A stretch of 64,000 bases of DNA from contig NC_082714.1 of the NCBI RefSeq assembly GCF_030144855.1, positions 95,914,001 through 95,978,000 on the forward strand, in the 5' to 3' direction. Position numbers and translations under genes: made by a program. The DNA comes from Hypanus sabinus (lineage: Eukaryota). Below the pieces are notes generated by a model. It ran no database searches. It saw only the letters and a list, made by a program, of their open reading frames with translations, and had not been told where the DNA came from. Shown in pieces: positions 1 through 13,682 of the stretch. The first letter of the stretch is position 1; the number at the start of each line of letters is the position of its first letter.

Positions 1-1750
1 TTTTACCTGACAAGTCTTTTGGAATTCCTTGAAGATATGACATGCAGGACAGACAAAGGGGAATCGGTGGTATTGTGCACTTGGAGTTTCAGAAGACCTT
101 AGACAAGGTAACACACATGAGGCTGCTTAAGGCCGAATTTGGAGTATTGTGTACAGTTCTGTTCACCGAATTATAAGAAAGATGTCAACGAAATAGAGAG
201 AGTTCAGAGAAGATTTACTGGAATGTTACCTGGGTTTCAGCACCTACGTTACGGGGAAAAGTTGAACAAGTTAGGTCTTTATTCTTTGGAGCGTAGAAGG
301 TTGAGCAGGGACCTGATAGAGGTATTTAAAATTATGAGGGGGATAGATAGAGTTGACGTGGATAGGCTTTTTTTCCATTGAAAGTAGGGGAGATTCAAAC
401 AAGAGGACATGAGTTGAGAGTTAGGGGGCACAAGTTTAAGGGTAACACGAACGGGAATTTCTTTACTCAGAGAGTAGTAGCTGTGTGGAACGAGCTTCCA
501 GTAGAACTGGCAGAGGCAGGTTCGGTATTGTCATTTAAAGTAAAATTGGAAATGTATGAACAGGAAAGGAATGGAGGGTTATGTTATGAGTGCAGGGAGG
601 TGGGACTAGGTCAGAGTAAGCGTTCGCCATGGACTTGAAGGGTAGAGGTGTCCTGTTTCCGTTCTGTAATTGTCATATGGTTAACTAATTAAGAGTCAAT
701 GGCGTTGCAGGAAAGTTTCTAGCATGCAGAAAACATCGGCTGATTGACAGGAGACAATTGTGGAATAAAGTGAGCCTTTTCCGGTTGGCAAATAGTGACC
801 AGTGGTGTTCCATAGGAGTCTCTGATGAGACTGATCCTTTTTTCGTTATATTTTAATGACGGATGAATTAATTGATGGTTTTGTGGCCAGTTTCTCAGAA
901 GATACTAAGGGAGGTGGAGGGACACGTAGTTTTGACGAAGTATAGAGGCTACAGATGGACTGCGACAGATTACAGGAATAGGCAAAGAAGAAATTCGGTA
1001 TCGTACAGCTTGGTAGAAGAAATAAAAGAGTAGACTATTTTATAAATTGGAAGAAAATTTCAGAATCTGCGACTTGGGAATTCTTGAGCAGGATTTCCTC
1101 AGTGTGAATTTACAGGTCGAGTCGGTGGCGATAAGATAACTGTGATATTTGCATTCATCTCAGGAGGACTGGAACATAAAATCAAGGATGAAATATTGAG
1201 GTTTTTTTAGGCACTGGTAAGGCCTCACGCAGTACTGTGAGCAGTTCTGTCCTGTAATTTAAGAAAGTATGTTCTTTAGTTGGACAGAGGGTTAACGAAA
1301 ATGATTCCGGGATTGAAAGATTTCTCCTATTAAAAACGTTTGATGGCTCTGTGCCTGTACTCACTGGAAATTAGAAGAATAAGGGGGGATCTCATTGAAT
1401 CCTAGCTAAAGTTATAAAGCCTCGATAGAGTGGATGTGGAGAGGATGTTCCCTATGTGGGTGAGTCTAAGACCAGAGACCGCAGCCTCAGAATAGAGGGG
1501 CGACCTTTCACAACGGATCTGATGAGGAATTTCTTCAGCAAGAGAATGGTGGCACGTCTGCGGAGGCCAAGTCATTGAGTATACTTCAGGCAGAAGTTGA
1601 CAAATTCTTGATTAGTCAGGCCGTGAAGGAATACGGGAAGAAGGCAGGATATTGGTGCTGAAAGGGAAAAATAACCAGTCATGATGAAATGACGTAGCAG
1701 GCTCAATGGGTCAAATGGACTAATTCTGCTCAACTATCATATGGTAATAT
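1..1750 (+). mobile_element. CR1-type LINE RT/3' fragment, with a younger 5'-truncated CR1 (131-684) nested inside
   Basis: RT-region remnants. ORFs 139-381 and 378-638 give the CR1 C-terminal motifs (IERVQRRFT..GLYSLERRRL..TRGH..FFTQRVV). The host sequence resumes after 684 and ttaa flanks both insert ends. Confidence 0.85.
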
Positions 1751-2151
1751 TCTTACTATATTTACACGTTTCTCGTCATTTCTTCAAAATTCGTTTCCCC
1801 GGACACAATTTCCCACGCACAAAGCAATGATGACTTCTCCCTAATCACTCCTTACCTTTCAAAACGCTAATGGATACTGACTCTCAGAAAGTCCTCCAAT
1901 AACTTGTCGCTATTGGACTTAAGATCGCAGGTTTCTAGTTCTAGGGCTCTTTCCAGCAGCATTAAAAAAAAAGACAAAGCTTTAGCCACAGACTCATCTT
2001 TTGTTTACTCACCCCTGGGTAGTTAAGTTGATAGACCTTTGGGACAAGGTGGAGGCGAAGACAAGTTGCCAGAAAGATACGTGACCTTGTTAGCAAGGCT
2101 GGGTGAGCACATGGTCGAAATGTCGGAGTGCAGCAGAAATTGATAGGGTGA

Positions 2152-2154
<3 letters not shown>

Positions 2155-2189
<35 letters not shown>
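2155..2189. repeat. (GA)n microsatellite
   Basis: Direct reading. Confidence 0.95.
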
Positions 2190-2191
<2 letters not shown>

Positions 2192-2239
2192 GCAGTGCAG
2201 TAGCATATCAAAAATAGAGATTCAACAAATGCTGTTAAT

Positions 2240-2830
2240 TCATAGCAGCACACGCAAAATGCTGGAGAAACACAGCAGGTCAGGCAGCATCTCTGGAAAT
2301 GTATAAACAATCGACGTTCAATGACAAACGGAATTGGAAATGAAGAAAGAACTGGTTAGAATTCTTTTTGAAGTTCCGTTGAAAGGCCGGGTCCTGTTAG
2401 TATCTGATAGAAGTGATGGGGAAAACCAAGTGGTTGGTAAAGGATATGAAAAGAATGAATTTGATATGAGAGGGGAGAGGGGCATAGGAGATAGTGAAGA
2501 AGAAGAAGAAGGGATACCAGGGTGGAGTTGATATGCCGATGAGGACAAGAAGTAACAGCAGGGAATATAAGACGAAGAGAGGGAATGAAGAAAAGAAAAA
2601 AGAAACATTACCGGAAGGAGGAATTGATCTTCAAGCCATGAGGTTGCAGGCGACCTCGACAGAAAACGATGTGTTTCTCCTGCACATTAAAGTGGCCTCA
2701 TCTGGCTCAAGGGAACCCATTGACAGACATGTCGGAAAGGGTATGGGACGAAAATTTCAAATATTTAGTCGCCAGAAAAATCTGTTTTTGACCAATGGAG
2801 AGGAGGACAGAGACCTCCAACCAGAATAAA
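2240..2830 (-). mobile_element. Penelope-like element 3' remnant
   Basis: Reverse complement resembles the 3' end of the Penelope copy at 41.2-41.6 kb (cagcattttg..tgctgcctgacctgctg). Confidence 0.6.
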
Positions 2831-5099
2831 TTCCAAATGATGACACTCTCTGTTTGCTATAGGCACGTGAGTTCTGAATTCCACAGTGAACCTCTTCCAT
2901 CTTAATCTCTGGATAAGCTACCATTTTAGAAACACCTTAATAAAATCCATGTAGACAAAATCCACAGCTCTACCTTCAATCGCGTTGACATGCACAGAGA
3001 AATGTTTTTCCACTTGACAACAAATCCCGAAGAATAATCTCCAGCTGACGTAAGACTAGCTTGTCTCTGTTCCACCATTAGTCCCTTTTCCCTGCTTAAA
3101 CAATGGAACTACAGTACATCCGCTCAATGCTCAGAGTCAACGCCTATGGCCAGAGGTCCTGAAGATTATGTATCGCGATCTCAGCAATCTCACCTCTTGC
3201 CTCTGTCCATAATCAAGCTGTCTGACGTATCCGGTTACGGAGTCTTATCCATCTTCTTGTTCTTTAAGAGACCCAACACCAGCTTCTTTAACTCAACACG
3301 CCCGAATTAGCCGTTCCACACTCTGATCACCCTGTCATCAAAGTGCTTCTCCAGATTCAATGTACTCACTTATGACCTCACCGGCATCCTCTGTCACCAA
3401 GCACGTGAGCCCTCTTTATCATTGACTGTGTCACCTGCTTTCTAGCCGTCTTTTGTACGTGATCTATGGATCGAATGCATTGAAACACGTCTTAATTGAT
3501 AATGGCTGCAACTTTTCATTGTCCTTACTGGTTATAGGGCTTAAGATTAGCATCCTAAACATCATATACGCTTCATTTTCTTTTTCACTAAATTGGCTAT
3601 AGTAGGCCTTTATGCGCACTACACATGTCAGATGCGGACTTACCTAAAAAGCAAATGTTCGCAATTAACTGTAACCGTAAATGTTGCTGCAAACGTAATA
3701 TTAGGGTGGGCCGAGGCTACATAATTCAGAAGGCACAAAGATATACAAGCAGAATTAGACATCGGTCTGCTCCGCCATTCCATCATGGTTTATTATGCCT
3801 CTCAAAACCATTGTCCTGCCTTTATACGTAACTTTCGACTTCCTTACTAATCAAGAACCTATCAATCTGTTTTTTAAACATAACCAATAACTTGACCTCC
3901 ACAGCCGTCTGCGGCAATGAATTCCACAGATTTACCATACTCTGGACATCATCTGACCCCTCTCCATTGCCAGTGCATCGTTTTTTTAAATTGGGGGCCA
4001 TAAACCGTTCAGAATTGTCGAAATGCCTGTGCATTTTGTCCACGCGATGGGAATCACCATTTATTATGAACTACGTTAGAAAATGGTGACTTCAAGAACA
4101 GCTCAGAGGCTGGGAATCCCAGACACCTAGCATTTATTGTCAGCTCAATGCATTTCAACCTTCGCACAGGTCACAATTTCACTGTAATTTTCTCTACTGG
4201 CCCCTATCCGTACAGTTCCGACAACTCGAACACAGTGTTATACAGCACAAGGTAGATCTACTAAAGTTCACTGCAGTATCACACAAGATCGTTCCAGCAA
4301 CTCTGCCTAAACCCTGGCAAAGATGCTCAAGTGTAGCAAGCACCATCTTCTGGCTCAGAAATATATCTGTGTCCTTCAATATCTCCTGTTCTAAACCCTG
4401 CAATTCCCTCCCATACATCGCGAAGCAGCTTTACAAGAGGGTCTCCAATAAACGCAGTCGACTCATCGCCAGCTTCTGCGGAGATTTAGGCAAGAGGACA
4501 CGAATGCTGGTTTTCCTAGTGATACAATTCTCTACATGCTGGAACGTAGGACCAAACCATGATCTGTTTGGAAGTCTCTCTGAACATTGCTCCATAGCCT
4601 TTTGACAACGTCATTTCCTTTTGGTGAAGGCCATCGCTTGAGCTGACTTCAGTCCAGATTATAGCAGCGAGGCCCGAAAGCAGAAAAAGAATCGGTATTC
4701 AATGTCATCTGCATGCGTTTGGCACGTCTCCCCCTCTTCGCGCTGCTATCATTGGTCGAGAGGTGCAGAAGACTTCGGATCCACGCTGCAGCTTTTACCA
4801 CGCTGTCGTCGGGATCCTGGATCAGCTTCACTCGGCGCAGCGCTGAACCATCTCGGCAACACGTGGACACATTTCGGGTATTCTGCAACTCCCGTTCTGG
4901 GTATTATTTGCTCTTTTGCATTTTGGATGTCTTTGTGGAGTGGGGTTTTCGTGGATTCTATTAAATTACTTTATTTTATAACTGTTCGCAAGCAGATGAC
5001 TATTAAGGTTGCAGATATGCATAATCTAATAATAGTTTTTAACTTTCAGCTTTAAAGTTCAATGCACTTCCGGTGCAGTGACCCCGTAATGGCAGGAGG

Positions 5100-8000
5100 C
5101 TAGTTGCTGGGTGACTATGCGCTACATTTGTGACGTGCTGGATGAGCTTCCGGGAGAATGCCACGGCGACCAGGTTACAGACACTGAGCATGGGTCGGTG
5201 GTGCAGAAAGGAAAGAGAGAAGGAGGAGGGAGGGTAGGGTCCCCTAGTGATAGGGGACTCGATAGTGAGAGGAACAGGCAGGAGATTCTGCGGACGTGAA
5301 CGGGACATCCGGATAACATGTTGCCTCCCAGGTGTCAGGGTTAGCAACTGATGTCTCAGCTGGCGTCCACAACATTTTGGAGAGGGAGGGCGAGAAGCCA
5401 GATGTCTTTGTTCACGTTGCCACCAATGACATAGGAAGGAAAAGCAATGAGGTCTTGAAAAGGGAATTCAGAGAGCGAGGCAAAAAACTGAGATGCAGGA
5501 CCACGTGAGTAGCAATTTCTGGATTGCTGCCTGTACAGCGCGCCGGTGAGGATAGACACAGGATGATTTGACAGATAAATGCGTGGCAGAGAAGCTGGTG
5601 CAGGAGAAGGGCTTCAGGTTCTTGGCAAATTGGGATCTCTTTTCGAGTAAGTATGACCTGTTGAAAAGTGACGGGTTGCACCTGAACCCGTACAGGGCCA
5701 ATATTCTCGCGGGCAGGTTTGTTCGGGTTGTTGGGGATGGTTTAACTAGAGGCAAGGGTTGAGAGCTGGACTAAAGGGACTCAGGATAGGGCGGATGGCG
5801 CAAAGAAAAGTAAAGGTAGCGTGCAGTCAGGTTATCAGGAGGGGCAGGCAGGTGATGGTTCTTCACTGTAGCCTCAGAAAGGATTGCAAATACGGTGCTC
5901 GGGGTTTGTATCTAACTGCACGTAGTATAAGAAATAGGGTGGATGACCACGTTGCAATATTACCGATTGCCAGGAATGATGTTGTAGTCATCCCTGAGTC
6001 GCGGCTGAAGGATGGTTATAGTTGGGAGCTGAATGTTCAGCATTACATCGGTGGGATAGGAAGGTAGGCAGAGGTGGTTGTATGTCTCTGCTGGGAAAGA
6101 ATGGCATCAAATCAGTAGAAAGATGTGACACAGGATCAGAAGATGTTGAATCGTTGTTGTTTGAGTTAAGAAACTGCAAGGGTAGGGATTTCAATAGAGC
6201 AGGAACAGCTTGCGCTTCTGGGGAAAATGAGGAAGCTGCAGGAAATGTGTATTCCAAAAATGAAGAAATACTTAAGCGGTAAAATAGTAGAACCGTGGCT
6301 GGCAAGGGAAGTCAGACCTACTGAAAAAGCAAAAGAAACAGCACACACCAAACCAGAAAATAGTGGGCAGATAGAGAATTGGGAAGGTTTTAAATGCTGC
6401 AGAGAGCAACTAAAAATCTTTAGAAGGAAAAAAGATGAAATATAAAGAAAGCTATGAAATAATATCAAAGTGGATAGTAGAAGTTTTTATCAAGTGTGTT
6501 AAAATAAAAGAGAAATGAGAGTGTATATAGGACCGCTAGAAAATGAAGCTGGAGAAATAATAAAGGGGAACAAGGAGATGACTTATGAACTAAATGTGTA
6601 TTTTGCGTCAGTCTTCACTATGGAAGAGACTCGCAGTATGCTTGATGTTGTAGTGTATGAAGGAAGATAAGTGGTTGCAAGTACTGTTATAAAGAGCAGG
6701 TGCTCGAAATACTGAAGGACCTAAAGATACATTAGTCGCCCGGACTAGAGGAACTGCATCCTAGGGTTCTGAAAGAGGTAGTGTTAGAAATTGTCGTGGC
6801 ATTGGGAGTAATCTTCCAAAAAGCATTGGACTCTGGCACCGTGCTGGAATTCTTTGAGGAGATTACAGCTGGGATAGATAAAGGGGATAGAGTGGATCTT
6901 GTATACTTGGACTTTCAGAACGCCTTTGATAAGGTGACACACATGAGGCTGGTTACCAAGTTTAAAGCCCATAGTATTACAGGAAATTTACGCAGATGGT
7001 TGGAGCATTGGTTGATTGGTAGGAGGCAGCGAGTGGGAATAAAAGGATCCTTTTCTGGTTGGCTGCCAGCGCCGAGTGGTGTTCCACAGGGGTCTGTGTT
7101 GGGACCAGTTCTTTTTCTGCAGTATATAAATGTTTTAGATGATGGAATAAATGGCCTTTTGTCGAGTTTACAGATGATCCGAAGATTGGTGCAGGGGTGG
7201 GTAGTTTTGAAGAAACAGTCAGGATGCAGAATGACTTGGACAGATTAGGGGAATGGGCAAGAAAGTGCCAAATGAAATACAGTGTTGGAAAACGCATGGT
7301 TATGCACTTTGGAAATAGAAATTAATTGTGCGTATTATCTTCGAAACGGGGAGAAATTCCAGGAATTCGAGTTGCAGAGGGAAATGGGAGTCCTGGTGCC
7401 GAACTTCCTGAGAATTCCCCTGCAGGTGGATTCAGTGGTGAGATACGCAAATGTCACATTAGCATTCATTTCCAGAGGTCAATAATACAAGAACAAGAAT
7501 GTATGCTGAGGCTTTATGAGGGACTGGTAAGGCCTCACCTTGAGAATTGTGAACAGTTTAGGGACCCTCATCTTAGAAAAGGTGTGCTCGCATTGGAAAG
7601 GGTTCAAGAGGAGGATAACAAAGAATGATTCAGAAATGAAAGGGTTATCGTTATCATACGTGGAACGTTTGATGGTTCTGGGTCTGTACTCGCAGGAATT
7701 CAGAAGGATGGGGAAGGATCTCATTCAAACGTTTCGAATGTTGAAAGTTCTAAACAGAGTAGATGTGGAAAGGATGCTTCCCATGACGACAGAGTCTAGG
7801 AGACAAAGACAAGAAAACAATAGGGAGGCGCCCTTTTAAAACAGAGATGCAAAGAAATTTCTAAAGCATAAGGGTGGTCAATTTGTGGAATTTGTTTCCA
7901 AATGCAGCTGTGGAGGATATGTGTTTGGGTGTGTTTAAGACGGAAATTGATAGGTTCTTGTCTGGACATGGCATCAAACGTTACGGAGAGAAGACCGGTA

Positions 8001-8100
8001 CTGGGTTTGAGGATGAGATTTTAAAAAGGTTTAGCAATGATTGAATGGCGTCACAGACTCAATGGGCCAGATGGTCGATTTCTGCTCCTGTGTCTTATCG
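5100..8100 (+). mobile_element. Long degenerate CR1-type LINE (ORF1 esterase-like, endonuclease, RT, 3' end)
   Basis: ORF1-like PDV..HV.TND region at 5390-5750; endonuclease at 5900-6200; RT ORF 6781-7248 ([26 protein letters not shown]). Multiple frameshifts. Confidence 0.9.
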
Positions 8101-8549
8101 TCTGATGGGTTATGTTGTGGATCTTGGTATACATATATGCCCAGAGCGCTCCGCCAACCCGACGGACTTGCTGATTTTAATCCTGCCGTATGAGACGAAC
8201 AGGTTAGTTCCACCGGTTTGTCTCGTCGGTGGACTTTACTCCGCCCAGAGTGTATTTTAACGGAACATATCTGGACTGCTCACCGAAGGATGGGACCATC
8301 CCGGAAAGTTTGACCCTGACCAAAGCTACAGTGTTAGAAGTCAGGTGCTAGTAACACTAGAATCCAGGAGAGCAGCGGAGCCTGTACCTGCATCACTCAC
8401 TTTGTGGGTGCGGACAGAAGAAAGACTAATTTTATTGTGGTCACCACTTCCGGTGGTCTTAGGCTCGGCCCGATTGCCGGCGTCTACTTGTAATCTCTTT
8501 GCGACTTCATGGCGCGACCGGGCCGGTAGAAGTGCCGCGCCCAACTAAG

Positions 8550-8985
8550 GTACAAGGGCTCGGGTTGAACGGGCATGCAGTGAGCAGCATAACCAAATTC
8601 CAGGAACTGTGTACAGGGACACCTGCGCTGTGTATGGGTTGGACACTCCCAAGTACAAATGGGAAACAGCTGAGAAGGTAGTGAAGAAGTTGTTTCCTAT
8701 ATGGAAGGGGTCCAGGTCTAGAATCAGAGGGCACAGCCTTAGAATAGAGGGACGTCCCTTTAGAAGAGAGAGAAGGAGGAATATCTTTGGCACAGAATAC
8801 GGCGCGTCTGTGGTTATTGGTTATAATTAAATCAGAGGTTGATATGCTCTTGATCAGTAAGGACGTCACATGTTACAGATAGAGGCAGGAGCGTGGCCGT
8901 GAGAGGTTTAATAAACTAGCCCTGATGGAGTGGCGGAGCGGACTCGATAGGCGGAGTGTCTGAATTCTGCTCCTATGTCCTCTGG
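8550..8985 (+). mobile_element. CR1-type LINE 3' fragment
   Basis: SRIRGHSLRIEGRPF motif (ORF 8609-8830) followed by a typical CR1 3' UTR. Confidence 0.75.
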
Positions 8986-11015
8986 AATGGCTCTAATCTT
9001 CACTGACTCCACTTTAAATACATTTGCATGTATTTATTCATCTGGATAACTAAGCAGGGATACAGTAACATTGCAGATAGTTCGTGGAACACCACAGCAC
9101 AAGAACAGGGCATTCGGCCACAACATCTACGCCGACCATGATGCCAAGCTCAATGATACCGTCTGTCTGCAAATGCTGATAACCCCGCATTCATAATCAG
9201 AATCAGTGTTACGTTTATGATCACCGTCATATGTCGTAATGTTGTTGTTTTGAGGTAGTAGTACAGTGTATAACATAAAATATACGATCAATTGAAATAA
9301 GAAGAAAGAAAGAAAGATGAATTGCTGTAAGTTGCTCGTGTCATAATAGTGGAAAATTGGGGAGATACGTTCACAGGTCGGTTCATTGTCCATTCAGAAT
9401 CTGATGTTGGGATCGATGCTGTTCCCAAAACGTTGAATGTGTGGTTTCCAACTCCTGTACTTCCTTTCTAATGGTAATAATGAGAAGACGTGCTGGGTGG
9501 TGGAACTCCTTCATTTCCGATGCCGCCTTTTTTGAGACATCACACTTTGAAGATGCAGGGGAGATTAAAGCCCATGATAGAGCTGACGAGTTTGCAATCC
9601 TATGCAACATTTTCTGAACCGTGCAGTGTTCCGTGCATATCAGTCGTACTCCCAGATACAACTTGTTTGAATGCACTCTACGGTGCATCCCTATAAATTT
9701 CCTGGCGTCTTTAAAAACATGCTAAATCTCCCAAAATTCATAAATGCATCTTCATAATTGTATCAATACGTTAGAACTACGGTACATCTGCAGAGACGTT
9801 GACACCCAGGAAATTGAAACTTTCTGACTATCCCTGCCTATTCAAGTACCCCTGGATGTCCATGTGCCTTGCTAAACTACAGTGTTATGTCGGGTACGAC
9901 CGCTATCCTGGAACATACCAGTTTCTGCGGGATCTGATAGTAGGTGAATATCTTGAGAACAGTAACGAAAACTTATCAGGTTTTGAGATAATTATAAGTA
10001 AGAATATACCTGGATCTTGTGGGACAGAACCAAACTGGGGGCAGAGGGAGAAGAGGGTAAGACGGGGTGGGGTGAGGGTTAAAGGACGTTTACTGGTAGC
10101 AACTACTGTTGAAGAAGTCTCCGGTCAACGTCTGACACCAAGGATCAAGGATGAATTATCAACTTACAAATATAATTAATAAACAATATCAAAAAGTTAC
10201 AGGTAAAGGGCGGATAAGCACAATTAGGTAAATGCCGGCATGTAATACCATGTTATCAGCATTGTCTGAAACAAAAGTCGTTTAAAGTGCTTCCAGTACA
10301 GTATCTTGTTTTCATGTCTCTATACCACTTTCCAGAAAGGACCTTTTGTAAAAGGCAGATTGCACGCCTTTTGTGTAGTGTCCACGTGCGGTTGATATTA
10401 AGAACGGGAAGATCAGAATTCAGGATTAGCAAGGAGTACGGATTAGGATGTTTAGGACCAAAAGGCACATCCTCAATATAGAAGGCGTACATTTAGAGCA
10501 AATATAAGAAGGAATTTCTTCAGTTCAAGTTCATGTTTCGGTAAGGAGTAAGGAAAAGGATAGTAACGTAATGGAACATTGGATGAACAGAGAAGTCCTA
10601 CATTTAATTATGAGCGAAATGGAAGCGCAATTAAAGATTAGGAAGTTAAAATTGGACCGGACCCTCAGGAAGAAAAGGTAATAGGGAGTGTTGAAGCTGA
10701 TGATTGGAAAGGCCAAAGAGGCCTATCTAATGTACCTAAATAGAGAGTGGATTCAGATATCGGAGGTGTAAAGCGACTGGAGAGTCCTACTGCAGCAATT
10801 CACAAAGTTTAACTTACATGTTGAGTCGATGGTAAAGATAAAAATGCAGTGTTCGCATAACATTCAAGATGACTAAACTATTAAAGCAAGGTTGTAATGC
10901 TGGAATGCTGGGACATTGGTTCCACCCACACTAGAGGCTTTGTGTTGAGCTTTGGGACCTGGATCTGAGCCTGTACTCAGAATTTAGAAATTTGGAATTT
11001 AGGACAAATTCCTAA

Positions 11016-11016
<1 letters not shown>

Positions 11017-11062
<46 letters not shown>
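11017..11062. repeat. (TG)n microsatellite
   Basis: Direct reading. Confidence 0.95.
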
Positions 11063-11063
<1 letters not shown>

Positions 11064-11829
11064 ATGTATGGGGCGGGGGTGTTGGGGGTGAGGTCGGCGG
11101 TGGGGGTAGTGGGGCGAGGGATCTCACTGAAGCCAAACAAAATTTGTAAGGTCGAGACAGGGTGAATGTGGAAAAATATTACCTCTTGTTGGGTTTAGGA
11201 CCATAAGGCAAAACCTGAATATAGAGGACGTACATTTGTAACAAAGATAAGGAGGAATTTCTTCAGTTCAAGTTCAAGATTAAACCTCATTCAATCAGAC
11301 GCAAGGATATAGCCAAATGAAATTCCTCGGTGGCCAAGCTGAAATACAGATTACGAGTAATAAAAAAACAAAACACTTTCAATAATAACAACAATAATAA
11401 TGATATCCTGTTGCATTTTAATACAACCCGATTGCTTACATGGGCACAGGCAAGTGACAAACATCGTTCATCGAAAGCTTGCTTTAAAATACAAAATCAT
11501 AAATGAAATTATATGGCTAATAAATAAAAGACTGATCCAGTTTCTGAATCAGAATACTACAAATTATATTATGACTAACCAGTTATTATAGATTGGTCCT
11601 GGACGGTCCAAGGTGGCCATTCAACGGTCTAGGCCGGAAAATGGAGGGGGCTTCCCGGACCGACTGCCTGCCCCCTTTCTGAGGATACATTCGTGCCCAG
11701 TTGTCCTTGAATTGGTAGCACGCAGTCGTAATGGACACATTGGAGGATTTCCGGGAGCGGTGCCCCACCCACCTGGCTATTGACTGCTTTATAGACAGTA
11801 GTAACTATATTTTAATTTGAGTTTCCTTA

Positions 11830-12773
11830 TGTCATAATGTGGGCGCTGGGAGAGGACCCAACTGCAAGCCACAGACACTGAAGTACTAGGAAATGGACTG
11901 GACTAGAGTTAGGGACTGGACAGAACACAGACTAGGAACTGCTATAGGAACACAGATTTGTGCTACGACTTTGGCTAGAAAAGCGGAACCAGGATAAGGA
12001 ACTGGGAACTAGGAGCCTGGGCTTGGACTCCGAGCCAGAGACTGGACAAGGACCCAGAACCTGGGTCTTGACTCGGGCTCGGACCCCGGAACTAGGCGAG
12101 GACCTGACTTGGCTACAGGACTGGACATGGCTTGGGATCTTCGAGGTTTGGCTGCAGGATAGACATGGAACTCCTGCACTGGACGAGGCACATGGAGAGG
12201 CCAACAACCCGAAGCCTTGACTCGATCTTGGGACACGTGAACACGGACCCTTGGTCTTGAGAGAACAGGAACACAGAGCATTGGCCTTGAGCGGACAGGA
12301 GCACAGGGGCATGGAACACAGAGCCGGGGCCCCTCCATAGGAACAAGACTTGGGCCGGGGCTCTACACAGAATACAGAGACGGTTCCCAACACAGGGTAG
12401 CAGCCACCGGCCGGACCTACCTATGGAAGGCGTGGACACAGAAACAGTTCAAAACGATGATACATAGTTTCTTATCTAGACACAGCAAGGCTTCGGTCTT
12501 GCTCTGGCGGTAGAACTTCACAGCGATACAGGCGAGGACGCAGGCGAGGTTGTAGGCAAGTCTCCAGGCAAAGACTTCAGGAGGAAGGTGAAGGGAACAG
12601 TCCAGCAAATGACGCTGAACCCAGGAGCTATTGATGTAGCCATCCTAAAATGAGAATCAGGAGCCTCAATTAGAGCACCCAACGGACCAATGTAAAACCA
12701 GAAAACCTAGATTAAGGATCGATGGACCGGACCGTGAACCAGAAATGCAGACTTCACAGACTGGACCATGACA
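11830..12773 (-). mobile_element. Solo LTR (Gypsy-type), 944 bp
   Basis: Termini TGTCAT...ATGACA; flanks cctta/actta (5-bp target duplication, 1 mismatch); same family as 18597-20330. Strand inferred. Confidence 0.8.
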
Positions 12774-13209
12774 ACTTACTGACTTGTAAATATTGAATAT
12801 CTCTACCTTGTAAATAAACTTTTATAGTTTTGCATAAAAAGGAGGACATGCCCTTGGTCATAGAATAAAGGATGCTGTCTTTTTCAGGCATCGCCTTTTG
12901 AAGGTGTCCTGGATGCTGGGAGGCAAGTATCTCTGATGGAGTTAGCTGAATTTACATATTACTCAGCTTTTCTTTCTGACCCGTGCACTGCGCTTACCCC
13001 TATACCCGATGATCAGGCTCTCAACCCCCCATATGTAGAAATTGGCGAGGGTATTTGATGAAATACCAAATTTCCTCAAACTCTAAATGAAATATAGACA
13101 CTATCATGCCTTGCTTACAATTGCATTAATATAATTTATGAATATGGTTGAATCTTGAGATTTTTATGGCTAGTTTCTCTCGCCACAGTAGAGCAGATTT
13201 ATTTATTTT

Positions 13210-13480
13210 ATTTCGCTTTACAGTGCAGAGTAGGACTATCCTGCTCTTTAGGCCGCGCCTCCCAGCAACATCCTAGAAACTCAATTAACCCTAACTAAAT
13301 CACGGGGCAGTTGATAATGAATAATTCGCTAATGCAGGAAATCTTTGGAGCGTGGGAGAAAACCGCAACACCGGGTAAAACCCACGCATTCCACGAGGAG
13401 GACATGTGGATACTCTTTACAGATAACGCTGGGATTCAACCCTGAACTCCGGACGGCGCGGCAGCAATAGCATCTGATGT
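13210..13480 (-). mobile_element. tRNA-derived SINE (V-SINE/HE1-like), degenerate
   Basis: The plus strand carries tgggagaaaaccgcaacaccgggtaaaacccacgc, resembling the reverse-strand V-SINE central domain as I recall it. Confidence 0.5.
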
Positions 13481-13682
13481 GTCTGGTGTACACTGCCTTC
13501 TTTATAGTCTTTCATGTAATGATGCCCAGTTACAAAAACCTTTTGGCNNNNNNNNNNNNNNNNNNNNNNNNNNNNNNNNNNNNNNNNNNNNNNNNNNNNN
13601 NNNNNNNNNNNNNNNNNNNNNNNNNNNNNNNNNNNNNNNNNNNNNNNNNNNNNNNNNNNNNNNNNNNNNNNNNNNNNNNNNN

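Noticed and set aside
4231-4237. CACAGTG heptamers (also at 2882 and 52203)
   Set aside because: No nonamer-like sequence at 12 or 23 bp.
11932-12439. Overlapping 100-150 aa ORFs in LTR sequence (also 19798-20328)
   Set aside because: Low-complexity, internally repetitive LTR DNA with no domain motifs.
13532-13540. Perfect RSS nonamer ACAAAAACC
   Set aside because: No CAC-starting heptamer at 12 or 23 bp spacing (catgtaa / ttatagt), and no Ig segment nearby.
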